Shown piece after piece: positions 1 through 8,244 of a stretch of DNA of 37,458 nt. Location: the IMG/VR virus record IMGVR_UViG_3300040736_000103, positions 1 to 37,458 of that record, one strand, 5' to 3'. The notes below the pieces were generated by a model that was not told the DNA's origin, did no database searches, and saw only the letters and a list, made by a program, of their open reading frames with translations. How positions within the stretch are numbered: the stretch's first letter is position 1; every line of letters begins with the position of its first letter. Source of the stretch: a virus (Duplodnaviria; Caudoviricetes). The position numbers and the translations under genes are program-made.

Positions 1-141
1 ATGAACCCAGAATCCATTGACACCCATATTTCGGCATCTTCCGCGGACCAGAAAATAGATATCCTGAAAAATATTCTCCTCTGCAAGTTCGATCCAACCG
101 TAACTGTCGCCCTTGTCTCGGCTATCGTCCAGGACGAATAA
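1..141 (+). CDS. short hypothetical ORF (46 aa)
   Basis: ATG at 1 to TAA at 139-141, converging on the repressor; no upstream context visible. Confidence 0.25.
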   Translation: MNPESIDTHISASSADQKIDILKNILLCKFDPTVTVALVSAIVQDE

Positions 142-504
142 TCACTTCTTCCCCTTTTTCTCTTTTTCAAGACGTTCCAGTGCGGCCGCGTAAAACTCCC
201 ACGCCTTTTCAGGGTGCGCCTGAAACAATTTCGCCATCTTCTGGAACGGCTCAGGCAACGCCTGGAAATATTGCATACGATCCGCGGAAACCGGCAGGAA
301 CATATCACCCTCACCCGTCATCAGCCAGTTGTAATCAACGGAATACACTTCCTGGATTTTGAGGGCGATTTCGGCCGTAAGTTTTTGTCTCCCTATCTCG
401 ATATTCTTAACTTTGTCCCACTTAAACCCAAGGCCCTCACCAAACTGGGTTTGCGTAAGCTCTAGAGATTCCCTTACTTTTTTTACCCTTTCTCCAGGAG
501 ACAT
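142..504 (-). CDS. XRE/CI-type phage repressor
   Basis: HTH_3-like N-terminus (RVKKVRESLELTQTQFGEGLG...NIEIG, WLMTGEG), divergent from the early operon. Start moved from 540 to ATG 504 because 519-558 is an operator/promoter. Confidence 0.85.
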   Translation of the reverse strand: MSPGERVKKVRESLELTQTQFGEGLGFKWDKVKNIEIGRQKLTAEIALKIQEVYSVDYNWLMTGEGDMFLPVSADRMQYFQALPEPFQKMAKLFQAHPEKAWEFYAAALERLEKEKKGKK

Positions 505-518
505 ACAAATAACCTTTG

Positions 519-558
519 TAGGCAAAATATGCCTTGACACATAGGCATATTTTGCCTA
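519..558. promoter_or_regulatory. twin repressor operators (AGGCA-N5-TGCCT x2) forming a 16-bp inverted repeat
   Basis: taggcaaaatatgcct (519-534) is the exact reverse complement of aggcatattttgccta (543-558); 8-nt spacer. Confidence 0.8.
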
Positions 559-562
559 TTCT
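534..562 (+). promoter_or_regulatory. early sigma70-type promoter
   Basis: TTGACA (534-539), 17 nt, TATTCT (557-562), overlapped by the operators. Confidence 0.7.
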
Positions 563-624
563 TCGTTTATAGAGTTAATCGTCATCCAAGTTAAACAACC
601 AACCCCAAAAAAAGAGAGGTCGTG

Positions 625-861
625 ATGGACTTTCTTACAGGAATCAAAGGGCCACCCAGAGTCCGCGCAATAATGTCCGCGCACCAGGTCACGAACCGGC
701 AGATAGCCGAGACCGAGAATATCTCTGAAGTCTACGTTTCATATGTCGTCAACGGCAAGCGCGTTGGCCGTCGCATCCGCCGGGCGATCGCCGCGGCCTG
801 CGGCGTATCCGTGACCTATCTCTGGCCGGACGACGAATCAGAGCTGCCGCAGGCAGCGTAA
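625..861 (+). CDS. Ner/Cro-like HTH regulator
   Basis: Small HTH (QIAETENISEVYVSYVVNG...IAAACGVSVTYLWP), first early gene, GAGG upstream. Confidence 0.75.
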   Translation: MDFLTGIKGPPRVRAIMSAHQVTNRQIAETENISEVYVSYVVNGKRVGRRIRRAIAAACGVSVTYLWPDDESELPQAA

Positions 862-872
862 AGGAGATTCAA

Positions 873-1109
873 ATGGCAACTACAACAACCCTGCCTTGGC
901 CGCGGATTTCTATGTCTGAGCTGGAAACTCTTCCGGCCATAGAAATCTGCAGGCAGATGTGGCAGCCGCCTTGTCCTGAATCATTGAGAGAAAAACTGCG
1001 CGCCAGTCGTCCCAATGCCCCGGAATCAGATATTGAGAGAGATCTCCGGTCCTTTCCTTATCTTTCCAGGTCCGAGTGTAATGCAGCCATCGAGAGGCGA
1101 GCGCTATGA
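873..1109 (+). CDS. hypothetical protein (overlaps antisense ORF)
   Basis: Strong AAGGAG RBS right after the Ner-like stop, but most of it overlaps 910-1341(-). Confidence 0.35.
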   Translation: MATTTTLPWPRISMSELETLPAIEICRQMWQPPCPESLREKLRASRPNAPESDIERDLRSFPYLSRSECNAAIERRAL

Positions 1110-1341
1110 TCGTATCCTCAGTCAAACGTGAAAAAACTGCTTTCACGCAACGTTCATCCGCCGCCATGGCCAAAGTGATGAGCGCTTCATCCACGCGACA
1201 TTCTTCCCGGTGGGCAAGAAAGGCATGCTCGAAACGGGTCATACCACCGCCTAGTGCATGTTCAACCAGATTTCTGGGCATCAAATCCCGAAATAAAGCC
1301 CCTGAGATATCAAACCAGATATCAATTTCATCCCTGGTCAT
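910..1341 (-). CDS. hypothetical protein antisense to the early operon
   Basis: 143-aa ORF with GGGGTG RBS and extended -10 (TG-A-TATAGT, minus strand 1374-1366); the region looks more AT-rich than its neighbours. Confidence 0.6.
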   Translation of the reverse strand: MTRDEIDIWFDISGALFRDLMPRNLVEHALGGGMTRFEHAFLAHREECRVDEALITLAMAADERCVKAVFSRLTEDTIIALASRWLHYTRTWKDKERTGDLSQYLIPGHWDDWRAVFLSMIQDKAAATSACRFLWPEEFPAQT

Positions 1342-1412
1342 CAGGACACCCCCATCGGTTTGTTCACTATATCAAACATGATTTGAGGATACCAGTATTG
1401 AAAGGAACGGCA

Positions 1413-1850
1413 ATGTCCAAACGAAATCAGAAATTAGACGAGCGGTTGTCGGCACAGACCAGTCTGTTTGATACCGAGCCGCCGGAAGGGATGTTCGATG
1501 TTTCGCTGGGCTTCCGGCAATGTCTCTCCAGGACAATCCATGGAAGCGGCAAGGATCGGTACCATATCTCCGCCGAGGTCAGCAGGCTTACCCGGTCGAG
1601 CATCAGCAAGGACATGCTCGACAAATACACCGGGTCGGACACGGCCTACGGAATGCGCGCCGAAGTGCTGCCGGCCGTATGCCACTCCCTTGGGTCGCTC
1701 GAACCTTTCCGGTACCTGCTGGACCCTCTCGGCAGCGACGTGCTGAACCCGGAGGACAGGGACCTGGTGCGTCTCGCCCGCTTAGAGGAGGATAAGCGCC
1801 GAATCGACATGGAAATCATGTCGCTGCGCCAAAAACGTGGAATCAGATAA
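1413..1850 (+). CDS. phage early protein, possibly CII-like regulator
   Basis: AAAGGA RBS then ATG 1413 (MSKRNQK...); helical with C-terminal coiled coil. Confidence 0.6.
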   Translation: MSKRNQKLDERLSAQTSLFDTEPPEGMFDVSLGFRQCLSRTIHGSGKDRYHISAEVSRLTRSSISKDMLDKYTGSDTAYGMRAEVLPAVCHSLGSLEPFRYLLDPLGSDVLNPEDRDLVRLARLEEDKRRIDMEIMSLRQKRGIR

Positions 1851-1860
1851 GGAGGAGGAA

Positions 1861-2094
1861 ATGGAACAACAGGAACAACGGGATTTGATACTGCTGGATC
1901 TGTCTGATGTGGCGATGGCGTGCGCAGACGCCCACGAGCTGAACGGCCCTGCGTTTTTCATGTTCTTTCAGGAGATCGAGAAGCTCGGCCGCCCTGTCCG
2001 CGAGGTGACGGTCGGTGAACTGGTGGAGGCGATCCAGAGGGCAAAGGGCCGCTACCACCTCATGTACCACCGTCTGCGGGAGCTGGAGGCATAA
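1861..2094 (+). CDS. hypothetical protein
   Basis: AGGAGGAGG RBS, ATG 1861, tightly packed in operon. Confidence 0.65.
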   Translation: MEQQEQRDLILLDLSDVAMACADAHELNGPAFFMFFQEIEKLGRPVREVTVGELVEAIQRAKGRYHLMYHRLRELEA

Positions 2095-2095
2095 C

Positions 2096-2401
2096 ATGAC
2101 TACATACAAGCGTATTGAGGCGGTCACAAAGACCACCCAGATCATAGATTACCTGGCCAGAGTCAAGGAGGAAGCCGCTACCGGCCCGCAAATTGCGCAG
2201 GCGGTCAACCTTTCCGTCGGTACGGTGATGTGTCATATCGCCACCCTGGAAGACGCCGGGTATGTCACGGGGGTTGGCGGCGGGTATCGGCTGGGTATGA
2301 AGCTGGCGCTGCACTGGGCGAGGGTAAAGAGCAATCTGGAAGGGCAGCGCGACCGGGTGGCCCGCGACCTGGAATCTATATCCATACCGGGAGGTAATTG
2401 A
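2096..2401 (+). CDS. IclR-type HTH protein
   Basis: IEAVTKTTQIIDYL...QIAQAVNLSVGTVMCHIATLEDAGYV...YRLG matches the IclR N-terminal HTH pattern; GGAGG RBS. Confidence 0.8.
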   Translation: MTTYKRIEAVTKTTQIIDYLARVKEEAATGPQIAQAVNLSVGTVMCHIATLEDAGYVTGVGGGYRLGMKLALHWARVKSNLEGQRDRVARDLESISIPGGN

Positions 2402-2403
2402 CA

Positions 2404-3324
2404 ATGGCAGGAAAAGCAAGAATTAACAACGCCGAAGCCGAGGCGGCAAACGAGATTTACAAGGTAGCCAGGGACCAGGCGGATATAGAGATTGCCAAGC
2501 TTGAAGAAAAACAGACGCTGATCGCCCAAGCTCACGAGATGATCGGAAGGATTCAAGGCGTGGAAATGCTAGCAAAAATGGCGACCGTCTCCACTTTGAT
2601 CTGGCTGAGGGATGTAAAGGCCGCGAAAATCTACCGTGACCTGCCCGAAATAGGTACCTGGGACGATTTCTGTAAGTATCTGAAAAAAGACAGAAGAACA
2701 GTCGATGAAGATCTACAGAACCTTGCCACCTTTGGTGAAGAATTTTTGGAGACAGTCGCCAGTTTGCAGGTTGGCTACCGCGATCTCCGCAAGCTCCGTC
2801 AACTCACCCACGACGGAACCATCCAGATCACGGACGACGCCATAGAGATCTCCGGCGAGCGCATCCCCCTGGACGCCGAACACAAGGAGGATCTGCAGGC
2901 GGCCATCGAAAAGGTTGTCGAAGAGCAGGCCGCGCTCAAGGATGAACTGAAGGCACAGCAAAAGGCCCACGACCGGGTGCAGGAAGATACCCGCAAGTCC
3001 ATGGTCAAGCTGCAGAAAGAAATGGACAAACTCTCCCGCGACGCACGAGCCAAAGACCTGTCGCCGGAAGAAGACGCCTTCCTGCAGCGCATCGAGAACC
3101 TTGCCACCAGCTTTCAGGGATACCTGCTGCAGATCCGCGGGCTGGTGGACGCCGAAGAGGTGCCGGGCGTGCGGGCCAAGGCCGCCCTGGTCGCCTTCCT
3201 GCACCAGGCGCGCATGGAGCTGAACGCCTACCATGACACCGCCTATGACCGCCACGCCGCGCCGGGCATGGCTCCGGAAGAAGAGTGGGTTCCGCCCTTC
3301 GAGCGGGAACGGCAGGATTCGTAG
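2404..3324 (+). CDS. conserved Mu-like early coiled-coil protein (DUF3102-like)
   Basis: GGAGGT RBS; TWDDFC...RRTVDEDL...FGEEF...GYRDLRKL; directly upstream of the transposase. Confidence 0.65.
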   Translation: MAGKARINNAEAEAANEIYKVARDQADIEIAKLEEKQTLIAQAHEMIGRIQGVEMLAKMATVSTLIWLRDVKAAKIYRDLPEIGTWDDFCKYLKKDRRTVDEDLQNLATFGEEFLETVASLQVGYRDLRKLRQLTHDGTIQITDDAIEISGERIPLDAEHKEDLQAAIEKVVEEQAALKDELKAQQKAHDRVQEDTRKSMVKLQKEMDKLSRDARAKDLSPEEDAFLQRIENLATSFQGYLLQIRGLVDAEEVPGVRAKAALVAFLHQARMELNAYHDTAYDRHAAPGMAPEEEWVPPFERERQDS

Positions 3325-3346
3325 CAGACCATCACCGGAGGGGCGT

Positions 3347-5026
3347 ATGTGGCAGAGCGAACTGGCGGCAAAACTGAACATGGCGGACCACGGAGAACGG
3401 GCGGCGATACTGGCTGTCTACCAGGAGCAGACCGGATATTCACGGGAACAGCTGTACCGGATTGCCGGGGTGAACGGCTTCGAATCCGGGCGCCGGACCC
3501 GCTCCGATTGCGGCGCCCGACGATGCGGACTCACCGATGACCAGTTCACTTTTCTGTCCGGCATCCTCTACAAGACCGGCCGCGAAAACAAGGGTCCGAT
3601 TATGCCCATCGAGACGGCCCTGGAAATTGCGGTCGACAACGGCATCATCGAGCCGGGGCAGGTATCGCCCGGAACGGTGGCCCGGCATCTACGGGAGCTG
3701 CAGATGAGCAAGGAACGGCTGAAAGACCCGGCGCCCCACACGGAGCTCAGGAGCCTGCACCCCAATTACTGCCACCTGGGGGACGTGTCGGTGTGCATCC
3801 AGTACTACCTGCGCGACGGGCGCATGGGAATCATGGATGAGCGGGATTTCTACAAGAACAAGCCCGACGCCTTCAGCCGCGTCAAACAGAAGCTGCTGCG
3901 CTACGTCCTGGACGATCATTTCTCGGGCCTGTTCTTCTTCCGCTACTACGTGGCCGAAGGCGAGAGCCGTGAAAACCTGTGGGACTTCCTCAAAATCTGC
4001 TGGCGCGCCAAAGACGACACCCGCCTTCCGTTCCGCGGCGTCCCTTTCTACCTGCTCATGGACGCGGGCAGCGCCCAGCAGAGCCATGCCATGCGGGCCT
4101 TCTTCGCCGGGCTCGGCATCGAGCGGCCCAAGGGCAGGCCCTACAACCCGCGCCGCCAGGGAGCGGTGGAAACCACCCACACCATCATCGAGAACAACTT
4201 CGAGACCCGCCTGCGCATCTGCCCGGCTCATACGGTAGAGGAACTGAACGACTGGGCCACCGACTGGATGATCCACTTCCATGCCACCCGCAAGCACAGC
4301 CGCCACGGCGAGACCCGTCTCGCCTCCTGGCTGCGCATCCAGCCCGAGCAGCTGCGCGAGCTGCCCGATGACGAGACCCTGCAGATCATCTACACCGAAC
4401 CGGCCGTGGAATGCACCGTGCGCAACTACCAGTTCAACTACCGCACCGAGACCTTCCGCGTCAAGCACTTGCCGGGCATGCATCACAACGCCAAGGTCCA
4501 AGTGTGCGTCAACCCCTACCGCTGGAAAAACGAGCGGGTGGTGACGGTCATGTGGCGGAACACGCCCTACGAGGTGCAGGCGGTGAAATACCTGGATGCA
4601 GCGGACGGCGGATTCAGCGAGCACGCCAAGGTCATTGGAGTGGAATACGGCGCGCAACCCCTGACCAGGACCCAGCGCGCTATCGAGCGCATCAACGAAA
4701 TAGCGCACGGCGAGAAGTCTCCCAAAAAAGGCGACATCCCCTTCGAAGGGCTCACCGTGTTCGGCCACCAGGCCGACAAAGTTGACAACCTGGCCACCCT
4801 GCCCAAGCGCGGCATGCCCATCGAGATCGCGCGCCCGGCCCGGCCCGTGGAATACCCCATCATGGAGCTGTTCAAGCGCCTGCGCGCCGAGGGCATCACC
4901 ATCACTCCGGAGATGAACCGCGAATTGCGCGCCGAGTTCCGCGGCACGGTCACGGCGGAGGAGATGGAGTCCGTGCTGAAACGCCTGAAAGGCGGGGAAG
5001 AAGACGCGAAGCGTCTGGCCCTGTAA
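3347..5026 (+). CDS. DDE transposase (MuA-like)
   Basis: GRRTRSDCG motif, candidate catalytic D (LGDVS), D (MDAG), E (GAVE); followed by an AAA ATPase. Start ATG 3347 after GGAGG. Confidence 0.88.
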   Translation: MWQSELAAKLNMADHGERAAILAVYQEQTGYSREQLYRIAGVNGFESGRRTRSDCGARRCGLTDDQFTFLSGILYKTGRENKGPIMPIETALEIAVDNGIIEPGQVSPGTVARHLRELQMSKERLKDPAPHTELRSLHPNYCHLGDVSVCIQYYLRDGRMGIMDERDFYKNKPDAFSRVKQKLLRYVLDDHFSGLFFFRYYVAEGESRENLWDFLKICWRAKDDTRLPFRGVPFYLLMDAGSAQQSHAMRAFFAGLGIERPKGRPYNPRRQGAVETTHTIIENNFETRLRICPAHTVEELNDWATDWMIHFHATRKHSRHGETRLASWLRIQPEQLRELPDDETLQIIYTEPAVECTVRNYQFNYRTETFRVKHLPGMHHNAKVQVCVNPYRWKNERVVTVMWRNTPYEVQAVKYLDAADGGFSEHAKVIGVEYGAQPLTRTQRAIERINEIAHGEKSPKKGDIPFEGLTVFGHQADKVDNLATLPKRGMPIEIARPARPVEYPIMELFKRLRAEGITITPEMNRELRAEFRGTVTAEEMESVLKRLKGGEEDAKRLAL

Positions 5027-5050
5027 CGATTGCATGCAATGGAGGTGAAC

Positions 5051-6274
5051 ATGCGCAACAAACCAGCGGCATACCGCATGGAGATCCAGCCCATCGTACT
5101 GAAGGAGCTGGCCGTGCAGTGCAACATCAACCAGGGGGACCTTGCCGAGCAGCTGTGTGTCTCCCGTCCGACGGTCAACCTGACCATCAACCGCGGCTAT
5201 ATCCCGGCGCGGACGGTCAATTACCAGGCCCGCGTCCAGGAATACCTCCTGGAGCAGCCGGGCGTGAATGACTGGCTGATACGCGAGGGCTACCGTATCG
5301 GGGACATCTGGAGCCCGCTCGGAAAACAGCTGCATCGGGCGCATCCGAAGAGCACCTGGCAGCCCCGGAAGGCGCTGCAGGCGGGCAACCCGGACGTAAT
5401 AACCATTCAATGGGAGGTGGAGATGATTTCACAAGAGGCAATGAAGCACTTCAGGCTGTTCCGCAACCCCTTCATCGATGACATCCAGAAAGACGCCGAC
5501 ATCTACATGAGCGACGAGCACCGTTACATCGAAGCGGCCATGCTCGACGCGGCGCGGCACGGCGGGTTCCTGGCGGTCATCGGCGAGGTGGGGAGCGGCA
5601 AATCGGTGATGCGTCGCAAAGTCATCGAACAGCTGAAGCGGGACGGTGACATGCTGGTCATCTACCCGCAGACCATCGACAAGACCCGCCTTACGGCCGG
5701 GTCCATCTGCGACGCCATCATCTACGACATCAGCAGCGAAAAGGCCAAGGTGAAGCTGGAGGACAAGAGCCGCCAGGTGCAGCGGCTGCTCCTGGACCGG
5801 GCGAAATCCGGGTACCGCGCCTGCCTCATCATCGAAGAGGCGCACGATCTGAGCGTGCAGACCCTCAAGTTTTTGAAGCGGTTCTACGAGCTGGAAGACG
5901 GCTACCGCAAACTGCTCGGCATCGTCCTCATCGGCCAGACCGAGCTGAAGGAGATGTTCGACGAGGGCCAGCACGTAGACATGCGCGAGGTGATCCGAAG
6001 GGTACAGATAGCCGAAATCAAGGGACTGAACGGCAACCTGCGCGACTACCTGAGCGTCAAGTTCCGCCGCATCGGCGCCAAGCCGGAGGATATCTTCGAG
6101 GAAGAGTCGTTCGAGGCGTTTTCCCGGCGGCTCACTAGCACCGGCAGGGACGGCAAGAGCAAGGTCAGCCATGCGTATCCGCTGCTGGTGAACAATTACG
6201 TGGCGCGGGCGATCAACCTGGCCCAGGAGATGGGGGAAGCTAGGATTACGGCGGAGGTGGTGGAGGCTATCTAG
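5051..6274 (+). CDS. transposition AAA+ ATPase (MuB/ExeA-like) with N-terminal HTH
   Basis: Walker A GEVGSGKS, Walker B LIIEEAH, LIGQTEL; N-terminal HTH (INQGDLAEQLCVSRPTVNL). Confidence 0.88.
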   Translation: MRNKPAAYRMEIQPIVLKELAVQCNINQGDLAEQLCVSRPTVNLTINRGYIPARTVNYQARVQEYLLEQPGVNDWLIREGYRIGDIWSPLGKQLHRAHPKSTWQPRKALQAGNPDVITIQWEVEMISQEAMKHFRLFRNPFIDDIQKDADIYMSDEHRYIEAAMLDAARHGGFLAVIGEVGSGKSVMRRKVIEQLKRDGDMLVIYPQTIDKTRLTAGSICDAIIYDISSEKAKVKLEDKSRQVQRLLLDRAKSGYRACLIIEEAHDLSVQTLKFLKRFYELEDGYRKLLGIVLIGQTELKEMFDEGQHVDMREVIRRVQIAEIKGLNGNLRDYLSVKFRRIGAKPEDIFEEESFEAFSRRLTSTGRDGKSKVSHAYPLLVNNYVARAINLAQEMGEARITAEVVEAI

Positions 6275-6317
6275 AGGCAAGTGTGAAGAGTGAATGGTGA
6301 AGGGTGAAAGGAGAAAC
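6275..6317 (+). repeat. 7-bp tandem array (GTGAANN x4) between ATPase stop and gemA RBS
   Basis: AGGCAAGT then gtgaaga gtgaatg gtgaagg gtgaaag. Confidence 0.75.
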
Positions 6318-6319
6318 CC

Positions 6320-6856
6320 ATGCAGACCAAGGCAAAACGCTACGGCAGGCAACCAATCAACGGGCGGCAGATCAAGACGATCCACGCCATCACAAACAAG
6401 CTGGGCATGCATGACGACGAGTACCGCACCCTGTTGTACGGCATGTTCGAGGTGCTGTCATCCAAGGATCTGAGCTGGGCCGAGGCGGAGGATCTGATTT
6501 CCGATCTCAATCGGAAATCGGGATCGAGGAACGAGGATCGAGGAACGAGGACCGACAAATCCTCGGACACCAAACATCGATCCTCGAACCTGAATCGGCG
6601 TTACGCCGATTTGGACGGACGGCCGGGCATGGCCACCGCAGCCCAGTGTCGCATGATTGCCGGAATGTGGGCGGACGTGTCGAGAATGGAAGATGCGGAG
6701 AGCAGGGAGAAGGCATTACGGGGGTTCCTGTACCGCATCGTCGGCGTCGACCATTTCAGATTTCTGAAGCGCTGGCAGGTGGAGAAGGTAGTCAGGGCGA
6801 TGGAGGCCATGGGCGCGGTAGCGCCCGGCCGGGACAGGGAAAGGAGGGATGTGTGA
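6320..6856 (+). CDS. gemA: GemA / Mu gp16-family regulator
   Basis: QIKTIH...LGMHDDEYRTLL...SSKDLS and QCRMIAGMW...ALRGFLYRIVGVDHFRFL...VVRAMEAM pattern. Confidence 0.82.
   Translation: MQTKAKRYGRQPINGRQIKTIHAITNKLGMHDDEYRTLLYGMFEVLSSKDLSWAEAEDLISDLNRKSGSRNEDRGTRTDKSSDTKHRSSNLNRRYADLDGRPGMATAAQCRMIAGMWADVSRMEDAESREKALRGFLYRIVGVDHFRFLKRWQVEKVVRAMEAMGAVAPGRDRERRDV
6521..6596. repeat. GGANCGA x5 array with inverse copies, in frame inside gemA
   Basis: ggatcga ggaacga ggatcga ggaacga ggaccga, then tcctcgg...catcga tcctcga acctga. Confidence 0.8.
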
Positions 6857-7059
6857 AACGACCACGGTGCCCGAGATGTAATGGTCTTCTGATGCCGGAG
6901 TTGGAACTGGGGGGGCGGCTGGCCTCCGTCGGCTGCGTCAACTGCGGAGAGCGGATATTCCGGGGATTCCGTCGCAGGCGGGCCGGAGAAGCTGAACGCA
7001 ACGCCCACAAACAGGCCGGACGGCCGGCGAACGTGATTTCAGGCAAGATCACTTTTTGA
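6853..7059 (+). CDS. small zinc-ribbon protein
   Basis: GTG start overlapping gemA stop, AAGGAGG RBS, CPRC...CVNC. Confidence 0.65.
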   Translation: MKRPRCPRCNGLLMPELELGGRLASVGCVNCGERIFRGFRRRRAGEAERNAHKQAGRPANVISGKITF

Positions 7060-7102
7060 CACGACCGGGAGGGTCGGACCCTCCAACGGAAAGGAGCGCA
7101 CC

Positions 7103-7249
7103 ATGATGAAAAACATTATCTGCTGGTTCAGGTACCGCAAGGAACGGAAAGCTCAGGCGCGCCGCGCCGCGTCCCTGGCTGTGCAACTGGTGCTGAACGG
7201 CTGCCTGATGCCGCCCAGGCTTGCGGGACGGAGCGGGGGAGCGGCATGA
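7103..7249 (+). CDS. small hypothetical protein (48 aa, below ORF-track cutoff)
   Basis: AAAGGAG RBS; MMKNIICWFRYRK...; ATGA overlap with the next gene. Confidence 0.6.
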   Translation: MMKNIICWFRYRKERKAQARRAASLAVQLVLNGCLMPPRLAGRSGGAA

Positions 7250-7482
7250 GCGGTCCGAACGTCGTGGCCCTGGTACTGTTCGCCCTGATTGCCGGCGCTC
7301 AGGCCGGGTCCCTGTTCCAGACCTGGACGGCCCACTATCGCCACATGGAGGCGATGACGGCGCGCTACCAGGCCGAACGGGCCTATCTGGACGCGCGAAC
7401 GGCCGAAATGCTGGCGGACGTGAAACAGTACGGAAAAGAGGTGGCGCGTCAGGTTGCGCGCTCGAACAAGAACAAACGGTAG
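7246..7482 (+). CDS. small membrane-anchored protein
   Basis: N-terminal hydrophobic helix (VVALVLFALIAGAQAG), translational coupling. Confidence 0.6.
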   Translation: MSGPNVVALVLFALIAGAQAGSLFQTWTAHYRHMEAMTARYQAERAYLDARTAEMLADVKQYGKEVARQVARSNKNKR

Positions 7483-7500
7483 AGGCGGGGATATCCCGCC
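7479..7500 (+). repeat. GTAG-type REP-like palindrome
   Basis: GTAGAGGCGGGGATATCCCGCC; near-copy at 20307-20330. Confidence 0.5.
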
Positions 7501-7514
7501 AGGAAAGGGGCATC

Positions 7515-8054
7515 ATGGCATCACTGGCAGAGATAGAACAGGCGACGAAGCTGTATGCGGACAACCGGGAGTTATTGATCCTGCGCGTCCAGGAGCTGCA
7601 CGATCGCATCGAGGAGCTGAAAAGGGAGCACCTCGGGGACATCAAGACGGCGGCGGAGGATACGGCCAACGCAAAAGGAAGCCTGGAGGCCCTGATTGAC
7701 GACAGCCGGAACCTGTTCGTCAAGCCCAGGAGCATTATCATCAGCGGGATCAAGGTGGGTCTGCAGAAGGGCAAGGGGGGTATCGAGTATGAAGACGAGG
7801 CCGCGGTCATCCGCTTGATCCGCAAGCACCTGCCGGAAGAACAGCACGAACTGCTGATACGGGTGGTCGAGAAGGTCATCAAGAAAAACCTGGGCGATCT
7901 CGATGTGGCGACCCTGAAGAAGATAGGCGTCATGGTCCAGGGTACCGGCGACGTGGTGCTGGTGAAACCGGTCGATTCCGATGTGGACAAGATCGTCAAC
8001 GCCATGCTCAAGGAGTCGTCAGGAGAGGCGGACCGCATGGAGGAGGCTGCGTGA
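7515..8054 (+). CDS. Gam-like (host nuclease inhibitor family) protein
   Basis: Coiled-coil N-terminus then LFVKPRSIIISGIKVGLQKGKG...; typical position in Mu-like early regions. Confidence 0.65.
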   Translation: MASLAEIEQATKLYADNRELLILRVQELHDRIEELKREHLGDIKTAAEDTANAKGSLEALIDDSRNLFVKPRSIIISGIKVGLQKGKGGIEYEDEAAVIRLIRKHLPEEQHELLIRVVEKVIKKNLGDLDVATLKKIGVMVQGTGDVVLVKPVDSDVDKIVNAMLKESSGEADRMEEAA

Positions 8055-8061
8055 GGTGGAT

Positions 8062-8244
8062 ATGTACACGTGCGACATCTGCGGGGCAACGGGACCGTGG
8101 GATGAGGCTGCATGGGCATGGTTCGGCGCCATCGCGGACCTGGATGAAAAGGGCCTCGGCGGCATAACCATTACCTGCTCGGCCGCATGCCGGGCGGAAT
8201 TCGAACGGGACGGCGATCCCGTGCCTTTTCTGGAGGTGACATGA
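8062..8244 (+). CDS. small Cys-rich hypothetical protein
   Basis: GAGGT RBS, CDIC...CSAAC. Confidence 0.6.
   Translation: MYTCDICGATGPWDEAAWAWFGAIADLDEKGLGGITITCSAACRAEFERDGDPVPFLEVT

Noticed and set aside
1-141. Mu-type genome ends (TG...CA, transposase-binding repeats)
   Set aside because: No convincing end repeats at either edge; the window appears cut at gene boundaries.
3689-6412. Long minus-strand ORFs (573 and 327 aa; likewise 15417-16718, 18694-20364, 22039-23091)
   Set aside because: Antisense shadows of GC-rich real genes, with no motifs or RBS.
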